Source: Octopus vulgaris (taxonomy: Eukaryota). Taken from it: a stretch of 64,000 nucleotides of DNA. The stretch lies in NCBI GenBank assembly GCA_951406725.2, contig OX597820.1, positions 66,650,001 through 66,714,000 of the forward strand, read 5' to 3'. Position numbers and translations under genes: made by a program. A model generated the notes under the pieces. It was not told where the DNA came from. It saw nothing but the letters and a program-made list of their open reading frames with translations, and did not search any database. This document shows positions 13,852 to 25,983 of the stretch, in pieces. How positions within the stretch are numbered: the first letter of the stretch is position 1; every line of letters begins with the position of its first letter.

Positions 13852-13903
<52 letters not shown>
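13497..13903 (+). mobile_element. RTE-clade (BovB-like) LINE, 5'-truncated 3' end with (GATA)n tail
   Basis: Translates AFELWCWRRLLRIPWTAR...YFGHIMRR.SLE..MLG...GKRRRGRPRTRWLDTI...DRTDWRTLIQ*VTESRFRPSG*, the typical C-terminus of RTE/BovB ORFs; the internal TGA at 13821 is probably a CGA>TGA change. Confidence 0.93.
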
Positions 13904-13904
<1 letters not shown>

Positions 13905-14029
13905 ATATGCAGTGAACTTCTTTCAGTTTCTGCTTACCAAATCCACTCATAAGGTTTTTGTCGTGAAATGTAATTGAACTCCAGACCACATGATTGAGAA
14001 CAAAACTTCTTAACTACACAGCTCTCTTT

Positions 14030-14091
14030 TGCTCTCTTATACTTGTTTCAGTCACTACGGGGACGTAAACACAGACACACAAACATATACG

Positions 14092-14127
<36 letters not shown>

Positions 14128-14284
14128 TATATGACAGGCTTCTTTCAGTTTTTGTCTACCAAATCCACTCACAAGGCTTTGGTCAGCCCGAGGCTATAGT
14201 ACAAGACCCTTGCCCAAGTTGCCACGCAGTGGGACTGAACCCGGAGCCATGTGCTTGGTAAGCAAGCTACTCACCACACAGCCA
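14030..14284 (-). mobile_element. SINE family A (internally deleted)
   Basis: Head and CORE-like part match 5400-5560. Confidence 0.85.
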
Positions 14285-14732
14285 ATAAAGTGAGATATAT
14301 ATATGTACACCTGCACACATAAACCTCCGTTATTATGCACCTACCTATGCTATTGGGCTGCTGATTTCTATAAATTCATCAAGAACACATAATTTAAAAA
14401 TCTAGTCCGATTGATTAATAAATAACTCCTGCAAAAAAAGAAAAAAAAACATTGTGTGTGTATGTGCGTGTGTGGCCATGTCTATGTATGTACTATTATG
14501 TGAATGATGCCTCTATGTGTGTGAATGTACTTGTATTTGATGACTGTGTTAAGGATGTCTGTGTGTGTGTGTGTGTGTGTGAAGGTATATGTCTGTATCC
14601 CCAATGGAAATTACCATAGTTGATTCCAAAATGAGTGATTGTGGATACCAAAATTCTATAACCACAGCTGTAGGTGTTAATATTGAAAAGAAAGGAGAAA
14701 AAAAAGTTGAAAATTAATAAATATAATCAGTT

Positions 14733-14775
<43 letters not shown>

Positions 14776-15149
14776 TAATAATAACAACAACAATAATATT
14801 AATAATAAAATAATAATAATAATAATTAGTATTGATATTAATAATAATTGTTCAATAGGAAATTGGCGAGCATGTGGCAGGAGGAGAGTAGGAGGGGAAG
14901 AGGGAGAGAGAGAGAGAAGTGAGAATGAGAGATTGCTTTTTCACTTTTTGTTTTTGTTTTTTGTTTTTTTTTTTTGTTTTTTAATTTAATGTGATTGGAT
15001 GTTGCCGGTGCTGTTTTCCAGAATGATACAAGAGATATTGAATTGTGGACAACCTTGCAATATTAAAGAGCTGCTGTTTACATACATATCCACATTTATA
15101 CATACATACATAAATATATATATATATATATACAGATATAGAACAGGTG

Positions 15150-15203
<54 letters not shown>

Positions 15204-15397
15204 GTGCTTAAATCTAATTAGCTCACTAAAAAAGTTGGTTGGTAATATACATATCAAATTACATACTGGCAGATATTACAATATAGGGCCTTTCACATGT
15301 TGTTAGCAGCAGGATATTGGCAGAGCCAAAAATATACTACAGATTTATATTTATATACATATATATGATTTGTGTTTATATATTTATATATTTATAC

Positions 15398-15659
<262 letters not shown>

Positions 15660-16255
15660 TGTATGTTTTATATATACAGATGCTTGCATGCATGCATGTG
15701 TACAGTTTTTTTATTTTTTGCTTCTTTCAGTCGTTGGACTGTGGCCATGATAAGGTTTTGTTGAACAATTCTGGTCCCCAGTACTTGTTTTGAAGAATTA
15801 TTACGCTTATTCTGTCTGTCTGTCGGTTTTGCTGAACCTCTGAGTTACAGTGATGCAAACAAACCGACACTAGTTGTCAAACAGTGGAGAAGACAAACAA
15901 GGACACCAACACATCTATCTATCCATCTCTTTATTATCTCTATCTATCTGTCTATCTACCTGCCTATCTATCTATCTCTATCTGTCCTTCTCTTTATCTG
16001 TCTATCTCTATCTATCTACCTATCTATCTATCTATGTATCTATCTGTCTGTCTGTCTATCTCTGTCTATCTATCCTTCTTTTTATCCTTCTATCTATCTA
16101 TCCATTCATCTATCCATTTATCTATTTCTATAAATTTGTTACAAAGGAAAACAAACACCAAGGCAAGACACCTCAAGTTATAATATGTTATCATTATTAA
16201 AAATAATTAAGCAGTATTTTTAATATCTATTTAAATTACCTGGGCATCTGTGTAT

Positions 16256-16313
16256 ATCCCACTGATGAGGCGGAGTATATTTTTATACAGACCCAGAAAT
16301 CTGGATCTGGGAT
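16256..16313 (+). ncRNA. Minimal type I hammerhead ribozyme (Penelope-like element type)
   Basis: Stem I ATCCCA/TGGGAT; core CTGATGA (16262-16268); stem II containing GTATA-TTTT-TATAC; GAAA (16296-16299); short stem III ATC-TG-GAT; AUC cleavage triplet (16305-16307). Confidence 0.75.
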
Positions 16314-17621
16314 TATCCAATAATTTTTTACTAGTTTTTGCTAGAAATTCACTCACACAGCAATGGTTGGCCCGTGGCTATAGTAGGAGACACTTGACCA
16401 AGGTGCTACTCATGGGGCTGAACCTTCTATCACATAAAGTTACTGGGATAAAATAAACAAACCATGTAAAATTGTTTACTTTAGTGACAAAGCAGTGTTG
16501 TAATCTTTGGGATTTCCTTCTTTGTGTTGTTGCTATGAAAGTTGTTGAGCCCTTTGGCTGAACTTTACAAAGGCAGCAGGGTGTAATTTGAGGAACGTTA
16601 GCTGTTGTTTCTAACTCATACAGGCTCCCCTCAAATGTGTGTGTGTGTGTACTTGTATGTCTGCATCTTGTCTGTAGGTGCATACTTAGGGAATACAAGT
16701 AAGTGCCTACCTACCCCCACACTTACATTGAAGTTCCCTCACACCCACCAAATTCACCTTGCCTCCCTTTCCTTCTTACTTAAAGAAACCTTACCCCCTT
16801 CAACTGAGCATGCAACCCCCTCCATCCAGCCCTCCCACATGTACTTCAAGCAGTGGGGGGAATGGGTAATCCATGTACCCTTTCTCCTTTACTTTGTGGC
16901 CTGGAACACATCTTCAAATAGAAGCACTATTCTCCCCTACACACACACATTTAACTCTCTGGTCTGTCCCCTCTTTCTCCCTTCCTAGCCAGCTCTGTTA
17001 CAAAACCAAAAAAAAAAAATTTAGGGGCTGTCTCCTGGCACCTCTCCCTAGAACAGAGGTATACATTCTATTCTCACTGCCCACCCCTCACCTGTATCAC
17101 AGCCATGCTCTTATCCCCTGGTGAAGTTTTATGAGCCCTTATAAATCTAATATGACAAAATTCCTCCCCTCTTGTCTGCACCCCCACTATTCATGTATGT
17201 GTGTATATACATTCTATGCACACACATACACACATAGATAGATAGATGTATACAATCACACAATAGTTTTATGTATGTGTGTGTACACACACCTGTTAGC
17301 CTTCTTTTTCTACTTTGTTGAGAGATGTTATCATGTAGTTGTGGGGGAGGGGATATATCCAGGAAGGGGGAGGGATGAGGTGAAGGTTTGTTTACTGTGA
17401 GATTGTAGTGGCGGAGGGTGGGGTGCAGCCTGTGTAATTTCAGTTTCAGAGACTTATGATGGTGATAGTGGGAGATATAAAAAAAAGGTTTCCCCTAAGG
17501 TGATAGTTAAGTACATTATATATGTATATGAATATATATATATGTATACACACACACACACAGATTTTATATATATATATATATATGTAAACAGATATAT
17601 ATGTGTATGTGTGAGTATGTA

Positions 17622-17681
<60 letters not shown>

Positions 17682-17708
17682 AACAGATATATATGTGTGT
17701 GTGTGTGA

Positions 17709-17783
<75 letters not shown>

Positions 17784-18093
17784 TATATATATAAGGTGGT
17801 TAAGTACAGCTTTGTACTAATAAATTATGACTTGGCTCCTGAAAAAGGTTGAGAGTTGGCAGTCAGGTGAACAGAGAGATATATACCCCTATCTCTTTGG
17901 TTGGCCCTTCATTACAGCCATTCATTTGTGATTCACTTTGTAGGAAGAGGAAAGAAAATACAGAGGAATTGGGGTAGCTATTTAACATTACCCTAACCCC
18001 ACAAGTTTCACCACTGTCCCCAAACATGATTTTATTGAATGAAAGTGATCTGCTAGAAGAAGTAGCAGTTATATCTCCCTCAAATCTGAGAGC

Positions 18094-18230
18094 AGGCGTG
18101 AATGAGTGTGTGGTTAAGAAGCTTCTTTTTGCAACCAGTTGGGTTTCACAGCTTCAGTCCCATTATGTGGCACTTAGGCACTTATTGTCTTTTATTGTAG
18201 TCCTGGTTGACCAACAAATGCTTTGTAGAA
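18094..18230 (+). mobile_element. Degenerate SINE family A 5' half
   Basis: aggcgtgaatgagtgtgtggttaagaagctt...cttcagtccc...ggcacttaggc. Confidence 0.65.
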
Positions 18231-18324
18231 ACATGTCTTGGCTTATCAGCATGTCTTAACATGTTGAGTGATCTTTGTAAACAAAAGGCTCATTCATATG
18301 GTGTTTCATATTCCTTATTCCTTT

Positions 18325-18683
18325 GTTCTTTCACTTGTTTCAGTCAAATGACCCCAGGAGTTATCATTCTTTGTAACCCTAGTACTTGCTTTATTGGCCT
18401 TCTTTTGCCAAACTGCTAAATTACGGGGGGGGGGGGGGCATAAACATGTCAACATCGTTTGTCAAGCAATGTTGGGGTAACAAACACAAACACACACACA
18501 CACACACACACTCACACATATATATAAAACGGGCTTCTTTCAGTTTCCATCTACCAAATCCACTCACAAGGCTTTGGTCGGCCCGAGGCTATAGTAGAAG
18601 ACACTTACCTAAGGTGCCATGCCATGGGACTGAACCTGGAACCATGTGGTTGGTAAGGCAGCTGCTTACCACAGAGCCACTCC
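18325..18683 (-). mobile_element. SINE family A
   Basis: Collinear with 5163-5567. Confidence 0.88.
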
Positions 18684-18684
18684 G

Positions 18685-18777
<93 letters not shown>

Positions 18778-19618
18778 GTATAAACACGGAAAAAGCTGGT
18801 TGAACCATTGCCAGTATTTAGAAAGATGCACAGCACCAACATGCTGTGCTCTGGTTGAGCCTTCCATGCCAACCTCTGCTTTGTCCCTACACCACTACTA
18901 GTAATCTATGTGTGTGTACTGGAATAGATTGGGCAGTTGCGAAAAGGAAAAAAAAAAAGAAGCAACTGCTTTAAAAATTGATAATATCTACCACTACTAC
19001 AACTACTACTACTACTACTACTACTTCTACTCCTTCTTGTCTTACCTCTCCTCCCCCCACAGTGCATACTCCCATCCACTTGATTGCCCTTGTTTTCCAG
19101 CAGAATTAAACCCATTCCCTGCTTCTTACACATTCTAATTCTAGACATAAAATCAACAGGTTCTAAATATTCTTGCTTTAAAGATTATGGTAAGGTACCT
19201 AGCCTGGTGCTTTACCATCATTCCTGTCACCAAATCTCTATCAGGATTGCCTATCTGTCTGTCTGTCTGTCTATCAGTCCTTCCTCTTTGTAATGTCCCC
19301 CAGTATGGAATCTGTAAATGGTTTCCTTGGTTAGTTTTGATCCCCACTCACCCCTGTCTCTGCTCCAACTGACTTTTCTGTATTTTATGGGCTTTGTTTC
19401 TCCCTTCAGCAGTAAAACTAACCAACAGGAAATGGTAAATGGTAAATGTAATATCAACACCACCTCAAATGGTACCGCCCCTTACCATTATCTCTCTACC
19501 ACAGCAGTGCATTTGTCTTTCACCTTCTCCAACCCCACCACCACCACCACTGAACCAAGGAAGGAGTCCTTTACATGGTTTATTTGGCCTGCTAGAAATA
19601 GTAGACAAATTCCTTTAA

Positions 19619-19839
19619 CCCTTTAGTGTTTAAACCGGCCAAATCCAGCCCAATATATTCTACATGTTTTATATTCAAACTGGTGATATCTAGCCTCTCA
19701 CTCCTAACCTACAATGCCATTCTGAAAATAAGCAATCACATCATTGAAACCTCAAAGCTATAAGATAATGCATGATTAATTCAAAATAATTTGAGTGAAA
19801 AAGTATTACATTTAACAGAGTATTCTGAACACTAAAGGG
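19619..19839. mobile_element. Non-autonomous piggyBac-type MITE (221 bp)
   Basis: TTAA on both sides (19615-19618, 19840-19843) and perfect 12 bp TIR CCCTTTAGTGTT/AACACTAAAGGG; related copies at about 22015-22365 and 55090-55478. Confidence 0.85.
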
Positions 19840-20158
19840 TTAAACCTCACTTAATTAAATCCTAATTAAACAAACTGACATCAACATCTTACATTGGATG
19901 ACTTACTATTGTATATTATGTCTGAATAAAAAGACAGGATGATCAAGACTCAAATGTATTTTAATCAGAAGCCCCACCTAATCAAGGCTGACCTAGGTGT
20001 AGACAACAACAGCAACAACAGCCATATTTAACCTTTTGTCTCCATATCTCTCTTGAAATACTCTGCTATTTTGCTTCAATTAATTTCATAAATAATGAAG
20101 AATTCGGTAAAATAACTTTGACATTATTTAAGCATTATTAAACAGAGGCATGGTTGTA

Positions 20159-20162
<4 letters not shown>

Positions 20163-20194
<32 letters not shown>

Positions 20195-20453
20195 TGTGTA
20201 CAGTGCTCAGGTGCACTACAACTCATCTAAAGTGTATATATAATCAGGTGTAGTTTCGGCGGATTTCGGAAAGCATGAGGGCCTTAAAGGATGCAGTGTC
20301 ATGGCAGTCAACAACTGACGCAGGCAGTTTATTCCATGCTTCAGCAACTCTGAGCATGAAAAAATGTTTCCGAAAGTCATGGGAGCTGTGTTGTTTTCTG
20401 ACTTTGTAGGCATGTCCACGTGTGTTAGACACATGGAGATCAAAAAGGTGTTC
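20163..20453 (-). mobile_element. CR1-clade LINE 3' end with (ATT)n tail
   Basis: Minus translation EHLFDLHVSNTRGHAYKVRKQ...FRKHFFMLRVAEAWNKLPASVVDCHDTASFKA, matching the TRGH...WNxLP...FK C-terminal motif of CR1 ORF2. Confidence 0.88.
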
Positions 20454-20458
20454 AAAAA

Positions 20459-20860
20459 GGTGTGTGGTAAGAAACTTGATTCCCAACCACATGGTTCCAG
20501 GTTCAGTCCCACTGCACAGCACCTTAAGCAAGTGTCTTCTATTATAGCTGCAGGCTGACCAAAGCCTTGTGAGTGGATTTGGTTGACAGAAACTGAAAGA
20601 AGCCTGTTGTATATATGTGTGTGTGTGTGTGCGTCTTTGTATCTGTGTTTGTGTGTGTCCCCCCCATCACCATTTGACAACTGGTGTTGGTGTGTTTACG
20701 TCCCTTAACTTGGTGGTTCGGCAAAAGAGACCAACAGAATAAGTACTAGGCTTGAGAAATAAGTCCTGGGGTCAATTTGTTTGACTGAAAAACCTCTCAA
20801 GGCAGTGCTCCAGCATGGCCACGGTCAAATGACTGAAACAAGGGGAAAAAACAGTAAAAG
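20459..20860 (+). mobile_element. SINE family A
   Basis: Full body on + strand; its first bases (aggcatggttgt, about 20146-20157) lie on the far side of the CR1 insertion. Confidence 0.88.
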
Positions 20861-20887
20861 AACAACAGGATATTTTGAGGGAAGGTT

Positions 20888-20993
20888 TGAGCCTGGTGCA
20901 GCCCTCCTGGCTTCCCAGACCTCAGTCGAACCATCCAACCCATGCTAGCATGGAAAACGGCCGTTAAACAATGATGATGATGATGATGATGAT
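20888..20993 (+). mobile_element. Family C 3' end
   Basis: gagcctggtgcagcc...ccaacccatgctagcatggaaaacgg...(GAT)n. Confidence 0.8.
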
Positions 20994-21756
20994 ATCACTT
21001 TAAAACAGAAAGTGAAAGAACCCAGGAGAATGGAGGGAGGAGGAGACAGCCTGGGTCCCAGGAGGGGTGGGTTAGCATCAAAGAGGTTAATTCAACTCTG
21101 TAGTCATCAACACCATCATCACCATCACTACTCCCCCTCCCTCCCAAAAATCAGTTTTTAGTACTTTAATATCTACTAACCTCCTTCACCGTGGCCACCA
21201 CCACCACCACCACCACCACCACTATTATCATTTGCAGTATCTACCCATCAACACCTACTATCAGGGTCATTGCCACCACCACTACCACCACTGCCATGAG
21301 GGCGTGTGTACCTCAGTGCCTTCATTATTATTCTTAGTATCTCCCATCTGGCACCTTGGCCATTTCCACTCCTTCCATGGTCATTAAAGCTTCCCATCTA
21401 TTCCAACCAGTCTCCAACACCAACAACACCCACCACATGACTACTGCTACTACTACCACTATTATTATTGTTGCTGCTACTACTACTACTGCTATTCCTC
21501 CTCCTCCTCATCATCATCATCATCATCATCATAACTATCCTTGTCATCATTATCATTATCGGCAATATTGCTACCTTCTGCTTCCTTATGATCACTACCT
21601 TTGCCATGATGATGATGATGATGATGATCAGCATCATCATCATCATCACTCAATCAATCCCTCACTCAGCCACATGAAGGGCCTTCTTCATTGACTCACC
21701 TTTGCTCATAAGTTGTCATCATTGTCATCATTTATCCCCACCCGCCCCACCAAGGC

Positions 21757-21942
21757 GATGCTTAGCAGTATTTCGTCTGTCTTCACGTTTCAAGTTCAAA
21801 TGCTGTCTGGGTTGACTTTGCCTTTCATCCTTTTGGGGGCTTGATAAATTAAGTACCAGTTATGCATTGGGGTCGATCGATGTAATCAACTGGTCCTCCT
21901 CCCCCCAAATTTCAGGTTTTGTACCTGTAGTAGAAAGGATCA
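21757..21942 (+). mobile_element. SINE family B
   Basis: gttgactttgcctttcatcctttt...gataaattaagtaccag...tagaaaggat. Confidence 0.8.
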
Positions 21943-22130
21943 TTTACCCCCCATAATGAGCCCTATGAACAAACGTTTTCCAACCATGACCATCCCATCC
22001 TTCTCCTGATCAACTTCATTAACTGGTCATATTCAGCCCAAAATATTAAACCTGTTTTATGTTCAAACTGGCCAGATCCAGCCTTTCGCACCTACCTAAA
22101 AGAATCATTAGCCTTTCGCACCTACCTAAA

Positions 22131-22318
22131 AGAATCATTAGCACGCCAGGTGAAATGCTTAGCAATTTTTTGATCCGTTTTTCATGTTCCGAGTTCAAAC
22201 TCCACCAAGGTTGACTTTGCCTTTCATCCTTTCAGAATCAATAAATTAAGTACCAGTAAAACATTAGCCCCCTTCCCCACAAAATTTCAGGCCTTGTGCC
22301 TTTAGTAGAAAGGTTTAT
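22131..22318 (+). mobile_element. SINE family B inserted into a piggyBac-type MITE
   Basis: MITE sequence on both sides (about 22015-22100 and 22320-22365). Confidence 0.8.
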
Positions 22319-23732
22319 TAAATAAGCATTACTTTTGACAGGAGTAATCTGAATGCCACAGGGGTGAGTATCTAGAACTACATCATCTTGATGCCAATGT
22401 GTCATGCATTATACCAATTTTTTTTTTCCAAGACTGATAGGGTGTAATTTGAATGAAGACAAGGATGCTATTTTTAACAGCAGGTCCAACAGAACATGGA
22501 ACATGAGGGACCAGATTCAGAGTCCCTCCTTCCCTTTTCCCTGTCTATTATTTTTCTGCTTGCTGCTCATATATTTCCCAAAAGGGAGAGAGAGAGAAAC
22601 AGAGGGAGACTTTTGTTATCATTTCCATTTTTTTTTTTTCTTTCTTGCTCACATTTTTACCCAGTGATGAAAAATTAAAAAAAAAAAAAATTATCTGTCA
22701 GGTGGGAATGGAATGGAATAGAATAGAAAAAGTAAGTGGGGTGAGAGAGGAAATCATTAACTACCTGGGTGAAGGAATAAGGGAATAAATAATATTTGGT
22801 GAGGGTATTTGGGTAGATTTCAAAACCATAAAAGAAAAAATAATAAAGAACAAAGAACCACTGTTTTTGAAATTCTGTTCTGTGGGGTTTGAGGGTATTT
22901 ATTTATTTATTTATTTATTTATTTTTTTATTTATTTTTTTTTTTGGTCTTGTAATGGATTTTGGTATGCATATTTGGAAATTATTCATTTTTTTCAGAGA
23001 TGATGGTGGAAAGAGATAGAGAGAGAGAGAGAGAAGAGGAAAGGAATTATTTCATCTGCACTTTTATTGTATTTTATTTATTATTTATTTCTGGAAACCA
23101 TATACCTGTAAATAGTTTAATGCTAATGGTGTACGGGAGGGGGGGGGGGGATAATATTTTATTCTTTTAATTTCCTTCACCTCTTTCCTCTCCCCCTCAT
23201 TTTCCCTCTCATTTTACCCCCTTCCCCCTTATCGTTGTGTGCGAGCGAGCGAGCGAAAAGTGTCTAAGTAGAGCAGCTTTCATTTATTGTTCTTCTGGGT
23301 CTTCCTATTTTTTTTCATTTATTTATTTGTGTTATTTTTGATGTGTTGTTGTTGTTGTTGTTGTTTGTGATTATGTGTGTGTGTTTGTGAGAGCATGTAT
23401 GCGTGTGCATATGTATGTGCATACCCTGCGCATTTATCTTATGTGTTTCTGCATGTGCTTTACTGTATGTGTATGAAATGGTTAAGGAGCGGTATTCATC
23501 CAGAGATTGGCCACTTCCTTCTTTGGCATATACCATAAATAACTTGCTTGGATAATTTTTCTTCAGTTGCATAATTGCACATCTTTTCACAATGTCAATG
23601 ATGATGTTGATGATGATGTTAATGATGATGGTGATGATGATGATGATAACTTTATAATGGACTAATGTAATAATAACGAGAATTATTATATTGATCACAA
23701 TAACTTTCATAATAATAATAATAATAATAATT

Positions 23733-23890
23733 AGGTGTGGCTGTGTAGAAGTAGCTTGCTTCGCAACCACATGGTTCCGGGTTCAGTCCTACTGCATGGC
23801 ACCTTGGGCAAGTGCCTTCTACTATAGCCTCAAGCTGATCAGAGCCTTGTGAGTGGATTTGGCAGACGGAAACTGAAAGAAGCCCGTTCT
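23733..23890 (+). mobile_element. SINE family A 5' half
   Basis: ggtgtggctgtgtagaagtagc...gggttcagtcc...caccttgggcaagtg. Confidence 0.85.
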
Positions 23891-23912
23891 ATATATACAT
23901 ATATGTATATGT

Positions 23913-24147
23913 ATTTCTTTGTTGCCCACAGAGGGCTAAACATAGAGGGGACAAACAAAGACAGAGAAAGGGATTAAGTCGATTACATTGACCCTCCAGT
24001 GCGTAACTGGTACTTATTTCATTGACCCCGAAAGGATGAAAGGCAAAGTCGCCCTCAGCAGAATTTGAACTCAGAATGTAACGACAGACGAAATACTACT
24101 AAGCTTTTCGTCCTGCATGCTAACGATTCTGCCAGCTCACTACCTTA
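23913..24147 (-). mobile_element. SINE family B with alternative tail
   Basis: Head and core of family B; tail ...TTTGTCCCCTCTATGTTTAGCCCTCTGTGGGCAACAAAGAAAT. Confidence 0.85.
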
Positions 24148-24924
24148 TAATTAATAATATTAATGATGATAATTTTTTTATTGACCACAAAAGGTTTACA
24201 TGACGAAAAACATGGACAGCACACAATGAGTGGTAGTGGTGGTGGTAGTGGTGGTGGTGGCAGCGGCGGCTGTTGTTGCAGTTGCAGTGATGGGTATTGG
24301 TTATAATGATTAATAAGGAATCTACTTCCACCTCCCACCCTCCTGCCCAAACCCCATCGCTCCATTGCATCTCCTTTCTCCCCACCCACCCCCTCTATTC
24401 TTTTTTTTTTTTTCTTTTCAATTATTTTCCTAGGATGGATATTCCCTTACAAAATATAACGAGAAAACAATTTCCTCCCTGAATACCAGTCATTATTGTT
24501 CCTCCACCATTCATTGTTATTACTTTGAACTATTGTCTCTCACTTCCTCTCTCTCTTCCCCACCCCCTCTATCTCTCTCTCTCTCCCCTCTCGCTCACTC
24601 ACTTTGTGACAATGGAACAGGAGACGCACGGTGACTCACAATAAGGTATTGCCCTTAATTTTGTAAAAAAAAAAAAAAAATCGTTCACCCCCTCTGTGTA
24701 CAAAAGTAGGTTAGCAGGACCATGTGGTGCTGCATTTTAGTGCAGTGAAATGCAATAAAGTGCAGTTGATGACAGGCGGATAAGATGTGTGTTTCATTGG
24801 TAGATAATGAGCAAGGAACTGGTCCTCTTTCGGACACTAATCAAACTGATTCACTGCTATTATAGCCGCTAATAGTACTAACATCATTACTAGGAGCCAA
24901 TTGGGGACCTGCTTAAGTAGTCGT

Positions 24925-25261
24925 TAGACATGCTAGAAATAGCAGCTAAATTTCTTTTAAATTCATACTATGACATTCAGAAAAAAACCTGCTCTATTAA
25001 GGGCTCGTTCAATATGCTAGACATAGCAGTCAAGTCTCCTTCAAATTACCTTCTACGGTCTTTAGAAAGGATACACTCTCTTAACTAGTTGTTCAACATA
25101 TTAAAAATAGCAAATAAACTAGAAATAGCAGTCAAATCTCCTTCAAATTATCTTCTATGATCTTTAGAAAGGATGCTGTCTCTTAAGTGGTTGTTCAACA
25201 TACTAGAAATAGCAGCCAAATCTCCTTCAAATTATCTTTTATGATCTTTAGAAAAGATACA
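24925..25261. repeat. Tandem array of about four 85-110 bp units derived from family E
   Basis: Repeated ctagaaatagcagYcaaatctccttcaaatta...tctttagaaaggat; a further partial unit at 25545-25580. Confidence 0.8.
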
Positions 25262-25383
25262 CATTTTTGCCAGCTGAGTGAAATAAAGTGTCTTGCTCAA
25301 GGGCACAATGCATCACCAGGAATTGAACTCACAACCTTATGATCACGAGTCAAATACCCTAACCACTTAGCCACATACCTTTA
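25262..25383 (-). mobile_element. SINE family D 5' part
   Basis: TGGCTAAGTGGTTAGGG A-box, GAGTTCAATTCC B-box, CTTGAGCAAGACACTT core. Confidence 0.8.
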
Positions 25384-25398
25384 CACAAAAGATAAAAA

Positions 25399-25543
25399 GA
25401 CCTCTCAACCGGATGGGACCCTGGGTCGATGGGACTCTACAGCCACAATGTGCATTCGAGGTGTCAGTGTTCACTGAGTCCTGCAATTCACATCAGTTCA
25501 TGTGGATAGCCACATTCTTCATCGACAGACAAACCAAGTGGTC
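25399..25543 (-). pseudogene. 5.8S rRNA: Orphan 5.8S rRNA pseudogene (about 15 nt missing at the 5' end)
   Basis: Minus strand contains the conserved 5.8S motifs GTCGATGAAGAA, ATGTGAATTGCAGGAC, TCGAATGCACATTGTGGC and ends GTTGAGAGGTC; several CpG>TpG changes; no 18S or 28S nearby. Confidence 0.9.
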
Positions 25544-25983
25544 ATAGAAATTACTTTCTATGATCTTTAGAAAGGATCCAGTGGAGGGATGGTCACGGCT
25601 GTCTGGTCTTCCACAGACACATGTACTGTCTACATAATTTTCCAGTGGAATCAACATGATAGAGCATGTGGCAAGACTGGACCTTCACATTACAAATGCA
25701 ATCCATCGTACAGGCTTTTCACTTGGTTTCCGCCCACACCCTTTCCTTTACAAGGCTCAAGATCTCAAGTAAAGGAATTGGACCTGAGACTTTGTGATTG
25801 TGAAGGTGACCATGCTGTGTTTAAGAAAATAACACATTGAATAATGTAGTCCCAGCTGCACTGTGTCTGAATAAAAGACAAGCCCATCACAGCCAGAGCA
25901 GCCTAGCTGGAGTGTGTGCCACTCCATGGAGTGTCCCTAGAGGTTCCTGCTCCCAATTCTAAGCCACCCAATCCTATATTCGG

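Noticed and set aside
16675-16711. 14 bp imperfect hairpin GTAGGTGCATACTT/AAGTAAGTGCCTAC
   Set aside because: Too short for a pre-miRNA and expected by chance in 64 kb
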